64,000 bases of DNA from Longimicrobiales bacterium (GTDB taxonomy: Bacteria; Gemmatimonadota; Gemmatimonadetes; Longimicrobiales; Gaopeijiaceae). Below are positions 20,368 through 30,086 of the stretch, in pieces; the stretch's first letter is position 1, and each line of letters begins with the position of its first letter. The notes under the pieces are model-generated. The model searched no databases and was not told where the DNA came from. It was given only the letters and a program-made list of their open reading frames with translations. The DNA lies in NCBI GenBank assembly GCA_965197725.1, contig CBDANQ010000057.1:32001-96000 (forward strand), given 5' to 3'. Position numbers and translations under genes: made by a program.

Positions 20368-22151
20368 ACGATGATCTCCTGATGCGGTACGTAAAGGTCG
20401 GAGTCGGCGTCGCCCACCAGCAGCTCGAGGACCCCTTCGACGACATGGTGCGGCATGAACGGCTCCCCGTCGTACTTGCGGATGTGTCCCTGTGCGGCGA
20501 AGCCTGTCTCGCTGCGCAGGTAACGCGCGAACTGACCCGAGTAGCTGTTCTCCACGATGAGGACCCGGTTGGATGCGGACAGGATCCCGCCGACGACCTC
20601 GCTGTGGAACGGGACGAGCCACTTGATAGTGAGCTGATTGGCGACGACTCCGCGTTCGGCCAACATTTCGATCGCTTCCCGGATCACGCCGTACGTGGAA
20701 CCCCAGCCGAGTAGCGTCACCTGGGCGTCGGCGGGGCCTTCTAGCGTCGGCGGGGGCACGTCGGCCGCGACGCCCCGGAACTTTCGGGCTCGCTTCTCCA
20801 CCATCCGACGCCGCTTGTGCGGGTGGGTGAACTCGTCGCTGATCAACACTGAGTCCTCGTCGTGCTCGTCCGTCGCCACGACGTGCACGTATCCCTCGTG
20901 GCCCGGGACCGCGCGCGGCGAGATCCCGCTCTCGGTGTCGGCATAACGCAGATAGTTTCCGTTCGGCGCCGGATCGACGAGAAGGGCGCCTCTGTCGATC
21001 TCGGGGTGGAGGTCGATGAGGTCGGGATCCATGGTGAACGTCCCCTCCGAGATGAGGAGATCGGAGATTAGGATTCCAGGGCACTGGGCGCGGTCCACGA
21101 GGTTGAAGAGCTCGGGCACGGTGTTGAACGCGTCGAGGGTGTCCTTCGGCGCCACGATGAAGCGCTCGAAGTCGCCCTGGCTGGCGCCGAGGGCCTGCCA
21201 GAGGTCGCCCTGCTCCGTCTTCGTGGGGACGCCCGTCGAGGGTCCCGCGCGCATCACGTTGATGAAGACGGCGGGGATCTCCATCATCGCGGCGCTCCCG
21301 ATCGCTTCCGTCATCAGAGCGAAGCCGCCCCCGGAGGTGGCGCACATGGCGCGGCAGCCTGCGTGCCCCGCGCCAATGACCATGTTCGCCACGCCGATCT
21401 CGTCCTCTACCTGACGCACCATGATGCCCAACTCGCGCGCGTTCTGCGCCATCCAGTGAAGGACTCCGGTTGAGGGGCTCATCGGATACGCGGCGTAGAA
21501 CTTGACTCCGGCCGCTGCTCCGCCCATGGCCAGGGCCTGGTTGCCGGTCCATATGGCGAGGGGCTTATCCCCCATCGGTAACGGCACGGGGAACGGCTGG
21601 AAGTTGGCGGCTCCGTGGTCGTGGCCGGCCTGCGCCATGGTCACGTTCTCCTCCACCACGGCGGATCCCTTCCGCCCGAACAGGAGCTCGAGCGTTTCCT
21701 CCAGCACCGAGAAATCGATGCCCATCAAAGACATCATGACGCCGAGCGCGACGGTGTTTTGGATGAGCTTGTTCTTGCTGCCCTCCGTCAGCTCGGCGAC
21801 GGGCATCGGGCAGAGGATGACGCCGTCCGGCACCTCACCGGGCTGGATCTTGTCGCCGTTGAAAAGCACGCGGGATCCCGGCCGGAGGATGCCCACGTGG
21901 CGGTCCATCGTGTCTTGGTTGAGGCAGAGCAGCATGTCTATGCTGTCGCCGTGCGTGGGCGGCTCCTCTTCGCGAACGCGCACAGTCAAGAAGATGTGCC
22001 CTCCCCGGATGATCGACTGATAGGCGTTGTATGCGTACAGATGCAGACCGCGCCGCGCGAAGATGCGAGCGAGGATGTTGCCTGGCGTGGCGATCCCCTG
22101 GCCGGCTGCTCCCCCGATGGCGAGGGTGAAGTCGAGACCACTATCGCTCAT
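20364..22151 (-). CDS. korA: 2-oxoacid:acceptor oxidoreductase alpha subunit (gamma-alpha fusion)
   Basis: GGAAGQG, IRGGH, YPMSPS, EDEI, ATSGGGF, RAGPSTGVPT. Confidence 0.93.
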   Translation of the reverse strand: MSDSGLDFTLAIGGAAGQGIATPGNILARIFARRGLHLYAYNAYQSIIRGGHIFLTVRVREEEPPTHGDSIDMLLCLNQDTMDRHVGILRPGSRVLFNGDKIQPGEVPDGVILCPMPVAELTEGSKNKLIQNTVALGVMMSLMGIDFSVLEETLELLFGRKGSAVVEENVTMAQAGHDHGAANFQPFPVPLPMGDKPLAIWTGNQALAMGGAAAGVKFYAAYPMSPSTGVLHWMAQNARELGIMVRQVEDEIGVANMVIGAGHAGCRAMCATSGGGFALMTEAIGSAAMMEIPAVFINVMRAGPSTGVPTKTEQGDLWQALGASQGDFERFIVAPKDTLDAFNTVPELFNLVDRAQCPGILISDLLISEGTFTMDPDLIDLHPEIDRGALLVDPAPNGNYLRYADTESGISPRAVPGHEGYVHVVATDEHDEDSVLISDEFTHPHKRRRMVEKRARKFRGVAADVPPPTLEGPADAQVTLLGWGSTYGVIREAIEMLAERGVVANQLTIKWLVPFHSEVVGGILSASNRVLIVENSYSGQFARYLRSETGFAAQGHIRKYDGEPFMPHHVVEGVLELLVGDADSDLYVPHQEIIV

Positions 22152-22342
22152 GGATGTCTCCTTGAATTACTCGCGTACTTCTGCGCAGTACGGGAGCATG
22201 GTACCAGTTTTCGGACCGGCTTGGATGGTATCGGGCTTTGGGCAGCCCGTCCAGGCAAGTTCCTATTGGCCGGGCAAGCCTGCTTTACAATAATCGCTTA
22301 TGACCGGATTGGCGAAGGGGTCCCACGGCAACCGGCTCGCGA

Positions 22343-23929
22343 TCATCGAAGCCCGATACCTCCTTCAAGCCGCACCTCGTAGACTCTTCGCTTCCATTCC
22401 GAGACCGTCCATCGATCGACGACTTCGAGCCATGTGACGATGCGCGCCCTCCGGAGCCCGAGTGGGCGAGCCATGCGGACGTAGCCTGCTTCCGACTCGT
22501 AGATCAGCGCGAGCCCGGCCACGCTCTGCAAAACGGGAGGGGATTCGGTCCGAGTGACGAGCAGAAGTCGGTCGGGGCGGGCCCCCGGTGGCACGAGGCT
22601 TTCCGGGCGCTCGCCCACCTCCAGGCGGACGCCGTCTATGGACGGGTGTCGGTAGACGTTCGCACGGAGGTCCCGCACTTCGTACGGATCCTCGAGCGTG
22701 TGGAGTACGTATACCGGCGCGCCCCCGGCGCGGTCGGATGCCTCCCAAAGCGTACGGAAATAGTGCCAGTCGAATTCCTTGCCCCGGTGGATCGCGGGGG
22801 TGGCGAGCACCGCGAGCAGGAGGAGGTTTTGTGCGCCCAGTGGCCACACGATGCCGAGCCTCCACGTTCGCACCGAAAAGATGCGGTCGAGCGCGGAAGC
22901 CGAGTAGGCAACCAGAACCGGGATCGCGTAGAGTGGGATCAGGAAGCGGAGTTCTTTGTGGCCGATGACCGAATGCCCGACAACGAAGGCCACGACGCAC
23001 CATACCCAGGGACTTGCGGGTCTCAGGAAGGCCGCGGCCACAAGTAGGAGCGCCAGCGCCAAACCCAGCGGCGGTACCGTCCAGAGCACGAATTGAACCG
23101 GATAGAAGTACCACGGAGAGGTCCCGAACGACGACGCTACGCCCTCCAGGAGATTCGCCTGGAAGTAGGCCCAGGGCGTGAGAACCCACTCTCCGTAGAA
23201 CCACGAGTCCACGGCTACCGAGAGCACGACGACCGCGCCCGCAATCGCGACCACCTGCCCAGTTCGCTTCCAGCCACCGCCCTCACGCACGGTGAACCAG
23301 ACAAGTAGCGCCGCGATGGCGAACGCCATCTGGAAGCGGAACACGAACGCGAGACCGAGCAAGACCCCTGACCAGGTCGCCCGAAACGGGCCTGCCCGCC
23401 CGATCAGAGGGACTGCGGCAAAGAATGCCATGCCGGCGAGGTTCTCGGATGAGAAGCGGTGGTGGAACAGCGGGAGGAACCACAGGAACAGGCTCGTGAG
23501 CCACAGGGCACGACGCCCCGGCCGGTCCAAAGACCGGGAGGCTGCACTCGCGATCCACACGACCGTCGCGATCGAGAGCGCGAGAGTCCCCAGCTTCAGC
23601 ACGAGGACCCACAAGAACGGGCTGGTGAGGCCGATCGCACGCATGGACATCAGCAGGATGAGCGCGAGCGTGGGCTGGAGTGTTGGACGGATCCGGTCCT
23701 GGAACTCCCACGGAAGTTGCTCCATGGAGGCGAGACCCGCCCTGGCCCAGGCAGGTTCTAGGATCTGGAAGTGCTCGTCGGCATGCCATGGATTGACGGC
23801 GAGAAGCGCAACGACGAGATGGAGGCCACTCGACACCGCGAGCAGCAGTGGTAGGGGCAACCCGGCATCCGCTGCCTGGCGCCGGAGGGAGTTGCTGAGC
23901 CGCCTCCAGAGCCTAGTGAGGCTCGCCAT
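22343..23929 (-). CDS. GT22 (Alg9/PIG-B-like) membrane mannosyltransferase
   Basis: ADEHFQILEPA, WEF..IRP, RFQ, FGTSPWYFY, HKELRF; multiple TMs; start uncertain. Confidence 0.8.
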   Translation of the reverse strand: MASLTRLWRRLSNSLRRQAADAGLPLPLLLAVSSGLHLVVALLAVNPWHADEHFQILEPAWARAGLASMEQLPWEFQDRIRPTLQPTLALILLMSMRAIGLTSPFLWVLVLKLGTLALSIATVVWIASAASRSLDRPGRRALWLTSLFLWFLPLFHHRFSSENLAGMAFFAAVPLIGRAGPFRATWSGVLLGLAFVFRFQMAFAIAALLVWFTVREGGGWKRTGQVVAIAGAVVVLSVAVDSWFYGEWVLTPWAYFQANLLEGVASSFGTSPWYFYPVQFVLWTVPPLGLALALLLVAAAFLRPASPWVWCVVAFVVGHSVIGHKELRFLIPLYAIPVLVAYSASALDRIFSVRTWRLGIVWPLGAQNLLLLAVLATPAIHRGKEFDWHYFRTLWEASDRAGGAPVYVLHTLEDPYEVRDLRANVYRHPSIDGVRLEVGERPESLVPPGARPDRLLLVTRTESPPVLQSVAGLALIYESEAGYVRMARPLGLRRARIVTWLEVVDRWTVSEWKRRVYEVRLEGGIGLR

Positions 23930-24077
23930 CGAACAGATTCCGAGCGGACATATCCCGGGGGAAGTAGGGTGATCGATGGCCGGCGGGCCCTTCACAGGCC
24001 AGGCCGCACGGTCGGGGAATCGGGCGTATTATTCACCGGCGCACGCGGGCCATCAAGGACGGGCCGGATGCGACCTC

Positions 24078-24330
24078 ATGCCGACCCGGCCCACACGACT
24101 CCATGTGTGCGCACGCCCCCACGATCCCCACGAGCCGCTCCCGACCCGTCTGAAGATCGTGATCCCGCTCGCCGCCACGGTGCTCTTCACGGTATCCGCG
24201 TGGCGACACCGAGCGCAGCACTCGACCGCGTTCGACCTCGGTTTCTACGACCAGATCCTATACCTATTGAGCCGGGGAGAGGCGCCGGTATCGTCCTTCC
24301 TCGGTTTCCACTTCCTTGGCGACCACGTGG
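24078..24330 (+). pseudogene. DUF2079-like membrane protein N-terminal fragment
   Basis: HSTAFDLGFYDQ..HFLGDH motif, after which similarity stops abruptly. Confidence 0.65.
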
Positions 24331-24723
24331 CGCGGGCGGCGGGTATGCTGGTGTGGCTGGGCTCCTGGAACAGGACGGTGAGGCAGCTCTCGAGGCCAGC
24401 CACGTGGGAGGCCCCGCAGGAGGCGGTAGCCGGCGAGGGCGCTCATCTGCTCTACGAGATGGGGCACGGGCCGTTTCCGCGAGGCCAGACGATGCTGAGC
24501 TTCTGAACGCGCAGGTGGCCACGTTGGACGCGCGCTTGACCCGCGCTCCCGGCCGACATGTGGATTCATGTTGCCACCGACGCCGGTGTAAGGGGCGCAC
24601 CAGCGAGGACGAGCCCGGCACCGGCCGCCCACCCTGTCGGCGATCCCCTCGCCGAATTTCTTGGACAGGAGTTAGGGTCGTACTATTGTCGTGGAAATCC
24701 CGAAGGCCACATGAGGGAAACAC

Positions 24724-26424
24724 ATGCTAAACTCCGTCCTTGAGCGTCGCTTTGCGACCGTGCTTGCGCTGCTGCCATGCCTCTTCCTCAGCTTCGGCCT
24801 CGAAGAGGCAGAGGCACAGGAAGAAGAGGGATTCAACTACGAGACGCTCCGGTCTCCAGTCTCCGGCCTCCGCGGCGTCGTGGCTACGAGTCAGCCTCTC
24901 GCGTCGAACGCCGGGCTCGACATCCTGAAAGCGGGCGGCAATGCCATCGACGCAGCAGTCGCGACGGCGGCAGTGCTCACGGTCGTAGAACCGAACAGCA
25001 CGAGCCTGGGCGGTGATGCGTTCGTCATGGTCTACATCGCCGCCGAGAAGAAGCTGGTCGGCCTCAACGCGAGTGGTCGGGCGCCGTACGGGATGACGCT
25101 CGAGGCTCTGAACGAGAAGCTCGACAAGCACGACATGGACCGGATCCGGGGGATCTACTCGGTGACCGTTCCTGGTGCCGTCGACGGCTGGTTCGAGGTG
25201 CTAGAGAAGTACGGCACCATGAGCATGGCTGAGGTACTCGAGCCCGCCATCTACTATGCCGAGCACGGCTTCCCGGTTTCGCCGATCATCGCCGACGCCT
25301 GGCGATCCCTCGAGATAAGCCAAGAGCCCTCGACCCGGGCCACGTGGCTGCTCGACGGCAAGCGAGCACCCGGGGCTGGGGAGGTGTTTCGGAACCCCGA
25401 CCTCGCACGAACCTTCAGAATGCTCGGCTCGCATGGAAGGGACGCGTTCTACAAGGGCTCCATCGCGGAAGCGATGGTCGAGTACTCCGACCGCCACGAC
25501 GGCTTCTTCACCATGGAAGACTTCGCGGATCACACGTCCACGTGGGTCGAGCCCATCTACGCCGACTACAAGAACTTCCGGCTCTACGAGCTGCCGCCGA
25601 ACGGTCAGGGCATCGCGGCGCTCGAGATGATCAAGATCCTGGGCAACGTCGATCTGGGTGCGATGGGCCACAACTCGGCCGACTATCTGCACCATGTCAT
25701 CGAGGCGAAGAAACTGGCCTACGCCGACATCCAGCGGTGGAACTCGGACCCCGAGTTCAGCCATCTGCCGGTCCGAGAGATCATCTCCACCGAGTACGGC
25801 AGGAGTCAGTTCAAGCGCATTTCTCCGACGAAAGCGATGGAACGTCCGGAGTCGGGAATCAGCGGGAACGGTGACACGGTTCTTCTGGAGGTCATGGACA
25901 AGGACCACAACGCCGTTTCGTTCATCTACAGCATCTATTCGGGGTTCGGTTCCGGCCTAGTTCCCCCGGGTACCGGCTTTACGCTGCAGAACCGGGGTGC
26001 GCTCTTCTCTCGCGAGCCTGGCCACGTGAACGTCGTCGAGCCGCACAAGCGCCCGTTCCACACCATCATCCCCGCGATGGCCTTCAAGGACGGCGAGTTC
26101 TTCATGACGTTCGGCGCCATGGGCGGCGCCGTGCAGCCCCAGCAGCATGCCCAGATCTTCCTGAACGTCGTCGAGTTCGGGATGAACATGCAGCAAGCGG
26201 TGGAAATCCCTCGCATCAACCACGGCCGTGGCCTGAGCGTCACTGTCGAGCCGGGGATCAGTGAAGACGTGCTGACGCAACTCGAGGCGCGGGGTCATCA
26301 GATTCTGCGCAGAACCACGCGGGGGGGGGTCGGGGGCGCCCAGGGGATCATGTTCGACGTCCAGACCGGCGTGATGACCGGTGGCTCGACGCCCCACAAG
26401 GACGGGATGGCGGTTGCTAACTGA
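24724..26424 (+). CDS. ggt: Gamma-glutamyltransferase family protein, exported
   Basis: Signal peptide; GGNAIDAAVA, TVPG, PPNGQG, catalytic GDT, KRPFHTIIP, GAMGG..QPQ. Confidence 0.93.
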   Translation: MLNSVLERRFATVLALLPCLFLSFGLEEAEAQEEEGFNYETLRSPVSGLRGVVATSQPLASNAGLDILKAGGNAIDAAVATAAVLTVVEPNSTSLGGDAFVMVYIAAEKKLVGLNASGRAPYGMTLEALNEKLDKHDMDRIRGIYSVTVPGAVDGWFEVLEKYGTMSMAEVLEPAIYYAEHGFPVSPIIADAWRSLEISQEPSTRATWLLDGKRAPGAGEVFRNPDLARTFRMLGSHGRDAFYKGSIAEAMVEYSDRHDGFFTMEDFADHTSTWVEPIYADYKNFRLYELPPNGQGIAALEMIKILGNVDLGAMGHNSADYLHHVIEAKKLAYADIQRWNSDPEFSHLPVREIISTEYGRSQFKRISPTKAMERPESGISGNGDTVLLEVMDKDHNAVSFIYSIYSGFGSGLVPPGTGFTLQNRGALFSREPGHVNVVEPHKRPFHTIIPAMAFKDGEFFMTFGAMGGAVQPQQHAQIFLNVVEFGMNMQQAVEIPRINHGRGLSVTVEPGISEDVLTQLEARGHQILRRTTRGGVGGAQGIMFDVQTGVMTGGSTPHKDGMAVAN

Positions 26425-26432
26425 ATTACTGG

Positions 26433-26580
26433 TACCAACAACAACTACACGATCGTGCAGACGCCGACTACGTGATGATCATGGCGGAGATGGTGCACGA
26501 GGTGCGGATCATTCGGCTGGGTGAACCTGATCCGCCGCGCGATGATCCGCGTCCGTGGTTCGGTGACTCGCGGGCGCGCT
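26433..26580 (+). pseudogene. Internal scrap of a conserved hypothetical protein (NNNYTIVQTP..MAEMVHEVRII..WFGDS)
   Basis: Motif recalled from a family common in Acidobacteriota/Gemmatimonadota; has a frameshift and no start or end. Confidence 0.55.
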
Positions 26581-26582
26581 CG

Positions 26583-27221
26583 TCAGGCGCCCACGATCTG
26601 CACTCCCACCGCGATGCCGTGCGAGACGCTGCCCGCGAGCACGAAGACATGCCAGATGGCGTGGGCGTATGGGATGCGGCGGTTGTGGTAGAAGAACGTG
26701 CCCGACGTGTATGCCACGCCTCCCGCGAAGAGCCAGGCCAGCGTAAGGGGGGATAGCGCCCGCATGGTGGGGACGGCGGCGATGACGATGAGCCATCCCA
26801 TCGCGATGTAGAGCGCCGTCGAGACCTTCGGGAAGCGCCCGGTCCAGAAGAGCTTGAAGACCACGCCTGCCGCGGCCAGCCCCCAGATGACGCCGAACAG
26901 GCTCCACCCCCAGGCGCCTCGTACGCCCACCAGCGTGAAGGGCGTGTACGTGCCCGCGATGAGGACGTAGATGGCACAGTGGTCGAGCACCTTAAGACGC
27001 ACCTTGGTGGTCGGTCTTCGGGTCGCGTGGTAAAGCGTGGACGCCGTGTAGAGCAGGATGAGGGAGCCTCCGAAGACCGACGCTCCCACCACGGCCGTCG
27101 AGCTGTTGCCCGACGCAAGCACGACGAGCACCGCGGCGCCAGCGGCGCTGGCGAGGATGCCGGCGCCGTGCGTGAGGGTGTTGGCGAGCTCCTCGCGAGG
27201 GGAGTATGGGGGGGCGGTCAC
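26583..27221 (-). CDS. Hemolysin III / PAQR-family membrane protein (TrhA-like)
   Basis: EELANTLTH, STLYH, DHCAIYVLIAGTYTP, HAIWHVFV. Confidence 0.93.
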   Translation of the reverse strand: MTAPPYSPREELANTLTHGAGILASAAGAAVLVVLASGNSSTAVVGASVFGGSLILLYTASTLYHATRRPTTKVRLKVLDHCAIYVLIAGTYTPFTLVGVRGAWGWSLFGVIWGLAAAGVVFKLFWTGRFPKVSTALYIAMGWLIVIAAVPTMRALSPLTLAWLFAGGVAYTSGTFFYHNRRIPYAHAIWHVFVLAGSVSHGIAVGVQIVGA

Positions 27222-27251
27222 GCGCCGAGATTCTCCGTCGCGCTGGATGTT

Positions 27252-27524
27252 CTATCTCCCGAGGAAAAAGGCCAACGCGGCAACGAAGACCAGCGTGCCC
27301 AGCATGAGGCTTGGCCACCAGTTCTGCAGGAAAACGAGGGCGTGGGTGTCCCACCCTGCCCACGAATTACCCTCGATATGGTGAACGAGTGCCTCGTCGG
27401 CGCTGCCGTGGCCATACTCACCGGAAGTAAGGAGTCGCACAGCCGTGCCTCCGTCGAGCCTCGCGAAGACACGCGACAGATGCAAAGAGCCGGTGCCGCA
27501 CATGATTTGGAAGTGGCGAGGCAC
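27252..27524 (-). CDS. Small hypothetical protein or fragment with a C-terminal TM helix
   Basis: Ends WWPSLMLGTLVFVAALAFFLGR; start uncertain. Confidence 0.3.
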   Translation of the reverse strand: MPRHFQIMCGTGSLHLSRVFARLDGGTAVRLLTSGEYGHGSADEALVHHIEGNSWAGWDTHALVFLQNWWPSLMLGTLVFVAALAFFLGR

Positions 27525-27569
27525 CCACGGCCTTCCCCAACGACGATATGAGACCGAGAGCTCCTCTAG

Positions 27570-29064
27570 CAGACCGTGGATAAAGTCCGGTCATCGCTGT
27601 TGTGTTAAATCAGGAGGACACGAGGGTTTTTGCAGCGAGGACGGCGATGGCGGTAGGCAAGCGGCCCGAGGCTCGGCAGGGCGAGATGTTCGTGGTGGCG
27701 AGCGAGATTCGGGCCTTGGACAACCCGTTCTACTGGGCCTTGAACGAGCTTCTGGCGAAAAGCGGGTTTGACGAGTTCGCGGAAGAGGCATGCCGTGAGT
27801 TCTACGCGGACAATCGGGGTCGGCCGGGGATTGCTCCCGGGGTGTATTTCCGAATGATGATGGTGGGCTACCTGGAAGGGATCGGCTCGGAGCGGGGCAT
27901 TGCCTGGCGGTGTGGGGACTCGTTGTCGTTGCGTGAGTTTCTGGGATACGGGTGGGCGAAGAACCCGCCGGAGCATTCGACCCTGTCGAAGACGCGCAAG
28001 CGCCTGAGCGTGGAAGCGCACGCGGCGGTGTTCGGGCGGGTGCTGGAGCTGCTGAAGGGGTCGGGGTTGCTGAGCGGCAAGACGCTGGGCGTCGACTCGA
28101 CGACGCTGGAGGCGAATGCGGCGATGCGCACGATCGTGCGGCGCGACGACGGGTTGGGCTACGATGAATGGCTGCAGCAGGTGGCCCGGGCGTCGGGGAT
28201 CGAGACGCCGACGCGCAAGGATCTGACGACGCTGGACCGGAAGCGTCCGAAGAAGGGCTCGAACAAGGACTGGGTGCATCCGCACGACCCGGAGGCGCGG
28301 ATCACGAAGATGAAGGACGGCAGGACGCGCCTGGCGCACAAGTTGGAGCAGGCGGTCGACATGGAGACCGGTGCGCTTGTGGCGGTGACGGTGCAGACGA
28401 TGGACGGGGGAGATGTGGCGTCGCTGCCCAACACGCTGGACGAGGCAGAGCGGCAGCTGGAAGTAGTGCAGGTAGAGCCCGAGGAAGTGGTGGCCGACAA
28501 AGGCTACCACTCGAACAAGACCATGACGGGCGTGAAGGAGCGGGAGCTGCGCAGCTATGTGAGCGAGCCCAACCGCGGGCGCCGGAAATGGAAGAACAAC
28601 CGGGACGCGCAGACGCCGACCTACGACAACCGCCGCCGGATCCGCGGCAACCGGGGGATGCGGCTGCTGCGCCAGCGCGGCGAGAAGGTGGAGCGGGGGT
28701 TTGCGCACTTGCTTGTGACCGGAGGGCTGCGTCGCGTCCACATACGGGGCCAGGAGGAGATTCGAAAACGGATGTTGATCCACGCGGCGGCCTTCAACCT
28801 CGGCCTTCTCATGCGCAAGCGGTTCGGGGTTGGAACCCCCCGTGCGTTACAGGGCCTCGCTACCGTACCAGCTGCGCTCGCAACTCAGGTTACAACCCGC
28901 GTCTCGCGCTTTTTCCGCCGTATTCGGCGCTATTTCGCCTTCCTTGGGCCGAATATCGCCTCGTCAGACCCCAAAACCCGCTTCTTGCACAACAACACAG
29001 CCCCCGCGTGTCTGCCTTCTCTCCCACCCATCATCCGCTGGGAACCTATTTCTTCCACGGACTG
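27570..29064 (+). mobile_element. IS1182-like element copy 2 (1495 bp)
   Basis: Same IRs; CTAG duplication at 27566-27569 and 29065-29068. Confidence 0.92.
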
Positions 29065-29068
29065 CTAG
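27602..29068 (+). CDS. IS1182-like transposase copy 2
   Basis: 488-aa ORF differing from copy 1 at a few residues. Confidence 0.9.
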   Translation: MLNQEDTRVFAARTAMAVGKRPEARQGEMFVVASEIRALDNPFYWALNELLAKSGFDEFAEEACREFYADNRGRPGIAPGVYFRMMMVGYLEGIGSERGIAWRCGDSLSLREFLGYGWAKNPPEHSTLSKTRKRLSVEAHAAVFGRVLELLKGSGLLSGKTLGVDSTTLEANAAMRTIVRRDDGLGYDEWLQQVARASGIETPTRKDLTTLDRKRPKKGSNKDWVHPHDPEARITKMKDGRTRLAHKLEQAVDMETGALVAVTVQTMDGGDVASLPNTLDEAERQLEVVQVEPEEVVADKGYHSNKTMTGVKERELRSYVSEPNRGRRKWKNNRDAQTPTYDNRRRIRGNRGMRLLRQRGEKVERGFAHLLVTGGLRRVHIRGQEEIRKRMLIHAAAFNLGLLMRKRFGVGTPRALQGLATVPAALATQVTTRVSRFFRRIRRYFAFLGPNIASSDPKTRFLHNNTAPACLPSLPPIIRWEPISSTDC

Positions 29069-30086
29069 TGCTTCCTCGGCCCGACCCTTACCGAACGGTC
29101 GTTGGTGCGTCGCACTTCTTGGCCTTTCCTCACGAGCATGATCGTCGGCACATCGCGCGCGTTCTCACCGACGCTGCGCTCATTGGCTTTGAGCCACCAA
29201 TCCTGCCAGTCGTTGAAGCACTCCAGGAAGAATCGGGTCGCTTTAGTCGCCTCTTCCGCGAGGACCTGAATAACTTCACGAAGAAATTCATCAACGAGGC
29301 CCGAGATCCCCGTGAGAGCCCTTTCTGGAGGGCAGTTCGCCAAGAGGCGCTTGATCCATCGTACAACCGCAGCTCCGCCCACCACCGACGCCAGCTAACC
29401 GGGGTCCTAGCGGTGTTTGATGATGAGGGCTTGCTGCCGTTGCTGGGTTGTGCGGCCGACTGGGACCCGCCTAAGGGACACTCGGTTTGGCCGCTGGACT
29501 ATGCCTTCGGCGAATTTCAACACTACGCCGTGGCCCACGAAGGGCTGGAGGAAACGGCACGCGTGATGTTGGAGGCACGAGCGATGTTGGGTCCTGGACC
29601 GCGCGCCCTCATCAATCAAGGGGTACTCATCTTTCAAGAAGAACAGTCCAACGAGCTCAAGCTTGTGAGCGGTGCAGACATCAGGGGCGCTGATACTGCC
29701 CTCGTCAGGCAGGAGCTGGTGGGCCCATTTACCACGGCTTTCGGTGGACGGCGGGAAGCCTCCCGGTGGAGTTGGCCCCGCACGGTGGACGGTTTTGGAC
29801 TAGAGATTCACGCGGCGGGGGCGTGTTCCTTTTCGTAGTTAAGAGGAGACAATTGGCCGAGGGCAGAGTGCCGTCGGTGGGGATTGTACCAGGCTTCGAT
29901 GAAGTCGAACACGGCCATCCTGGCCTCGGCCTGATTGCGGAAGCTCTTTCGTTCGATGAGTTCGGTCTCGAGCGTGGCGAAGAAGCTCTCGCACATCGCG
30001 TTATCGTACGCGTCGCCGACCGAGCCCATCGAGGGTCGGACGCTGGCCTCTTTGCAGCGTAGGCCGAAGGCGATCGAGGTGTACTG

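Larger units (their letters stand above)
27548..29766 (+). pseudogene. Hypothetical protein split by IS1182-like copy 2 and truncated by IS3 (27548-27569 + 29069-29766)
   Basis: Removing the IS gives an open frame MRPRAPLVLPRPDPYRTVVG.. that runs about 240 codons to the IS3 end. Confidence 0.65.

Noticed and set aside
20368..21552. Apparent 395-aa N-terminal extension of KorB
   Set aside because: Arg/Gly-rich alternative frame overlapping korA; the real start is ATG 20367
28168..29838. 556-aa ORF that looks like a fusion protein
   Set aside because: An off-frame IS reading runs into the interrupted host gene; it results from the insertion
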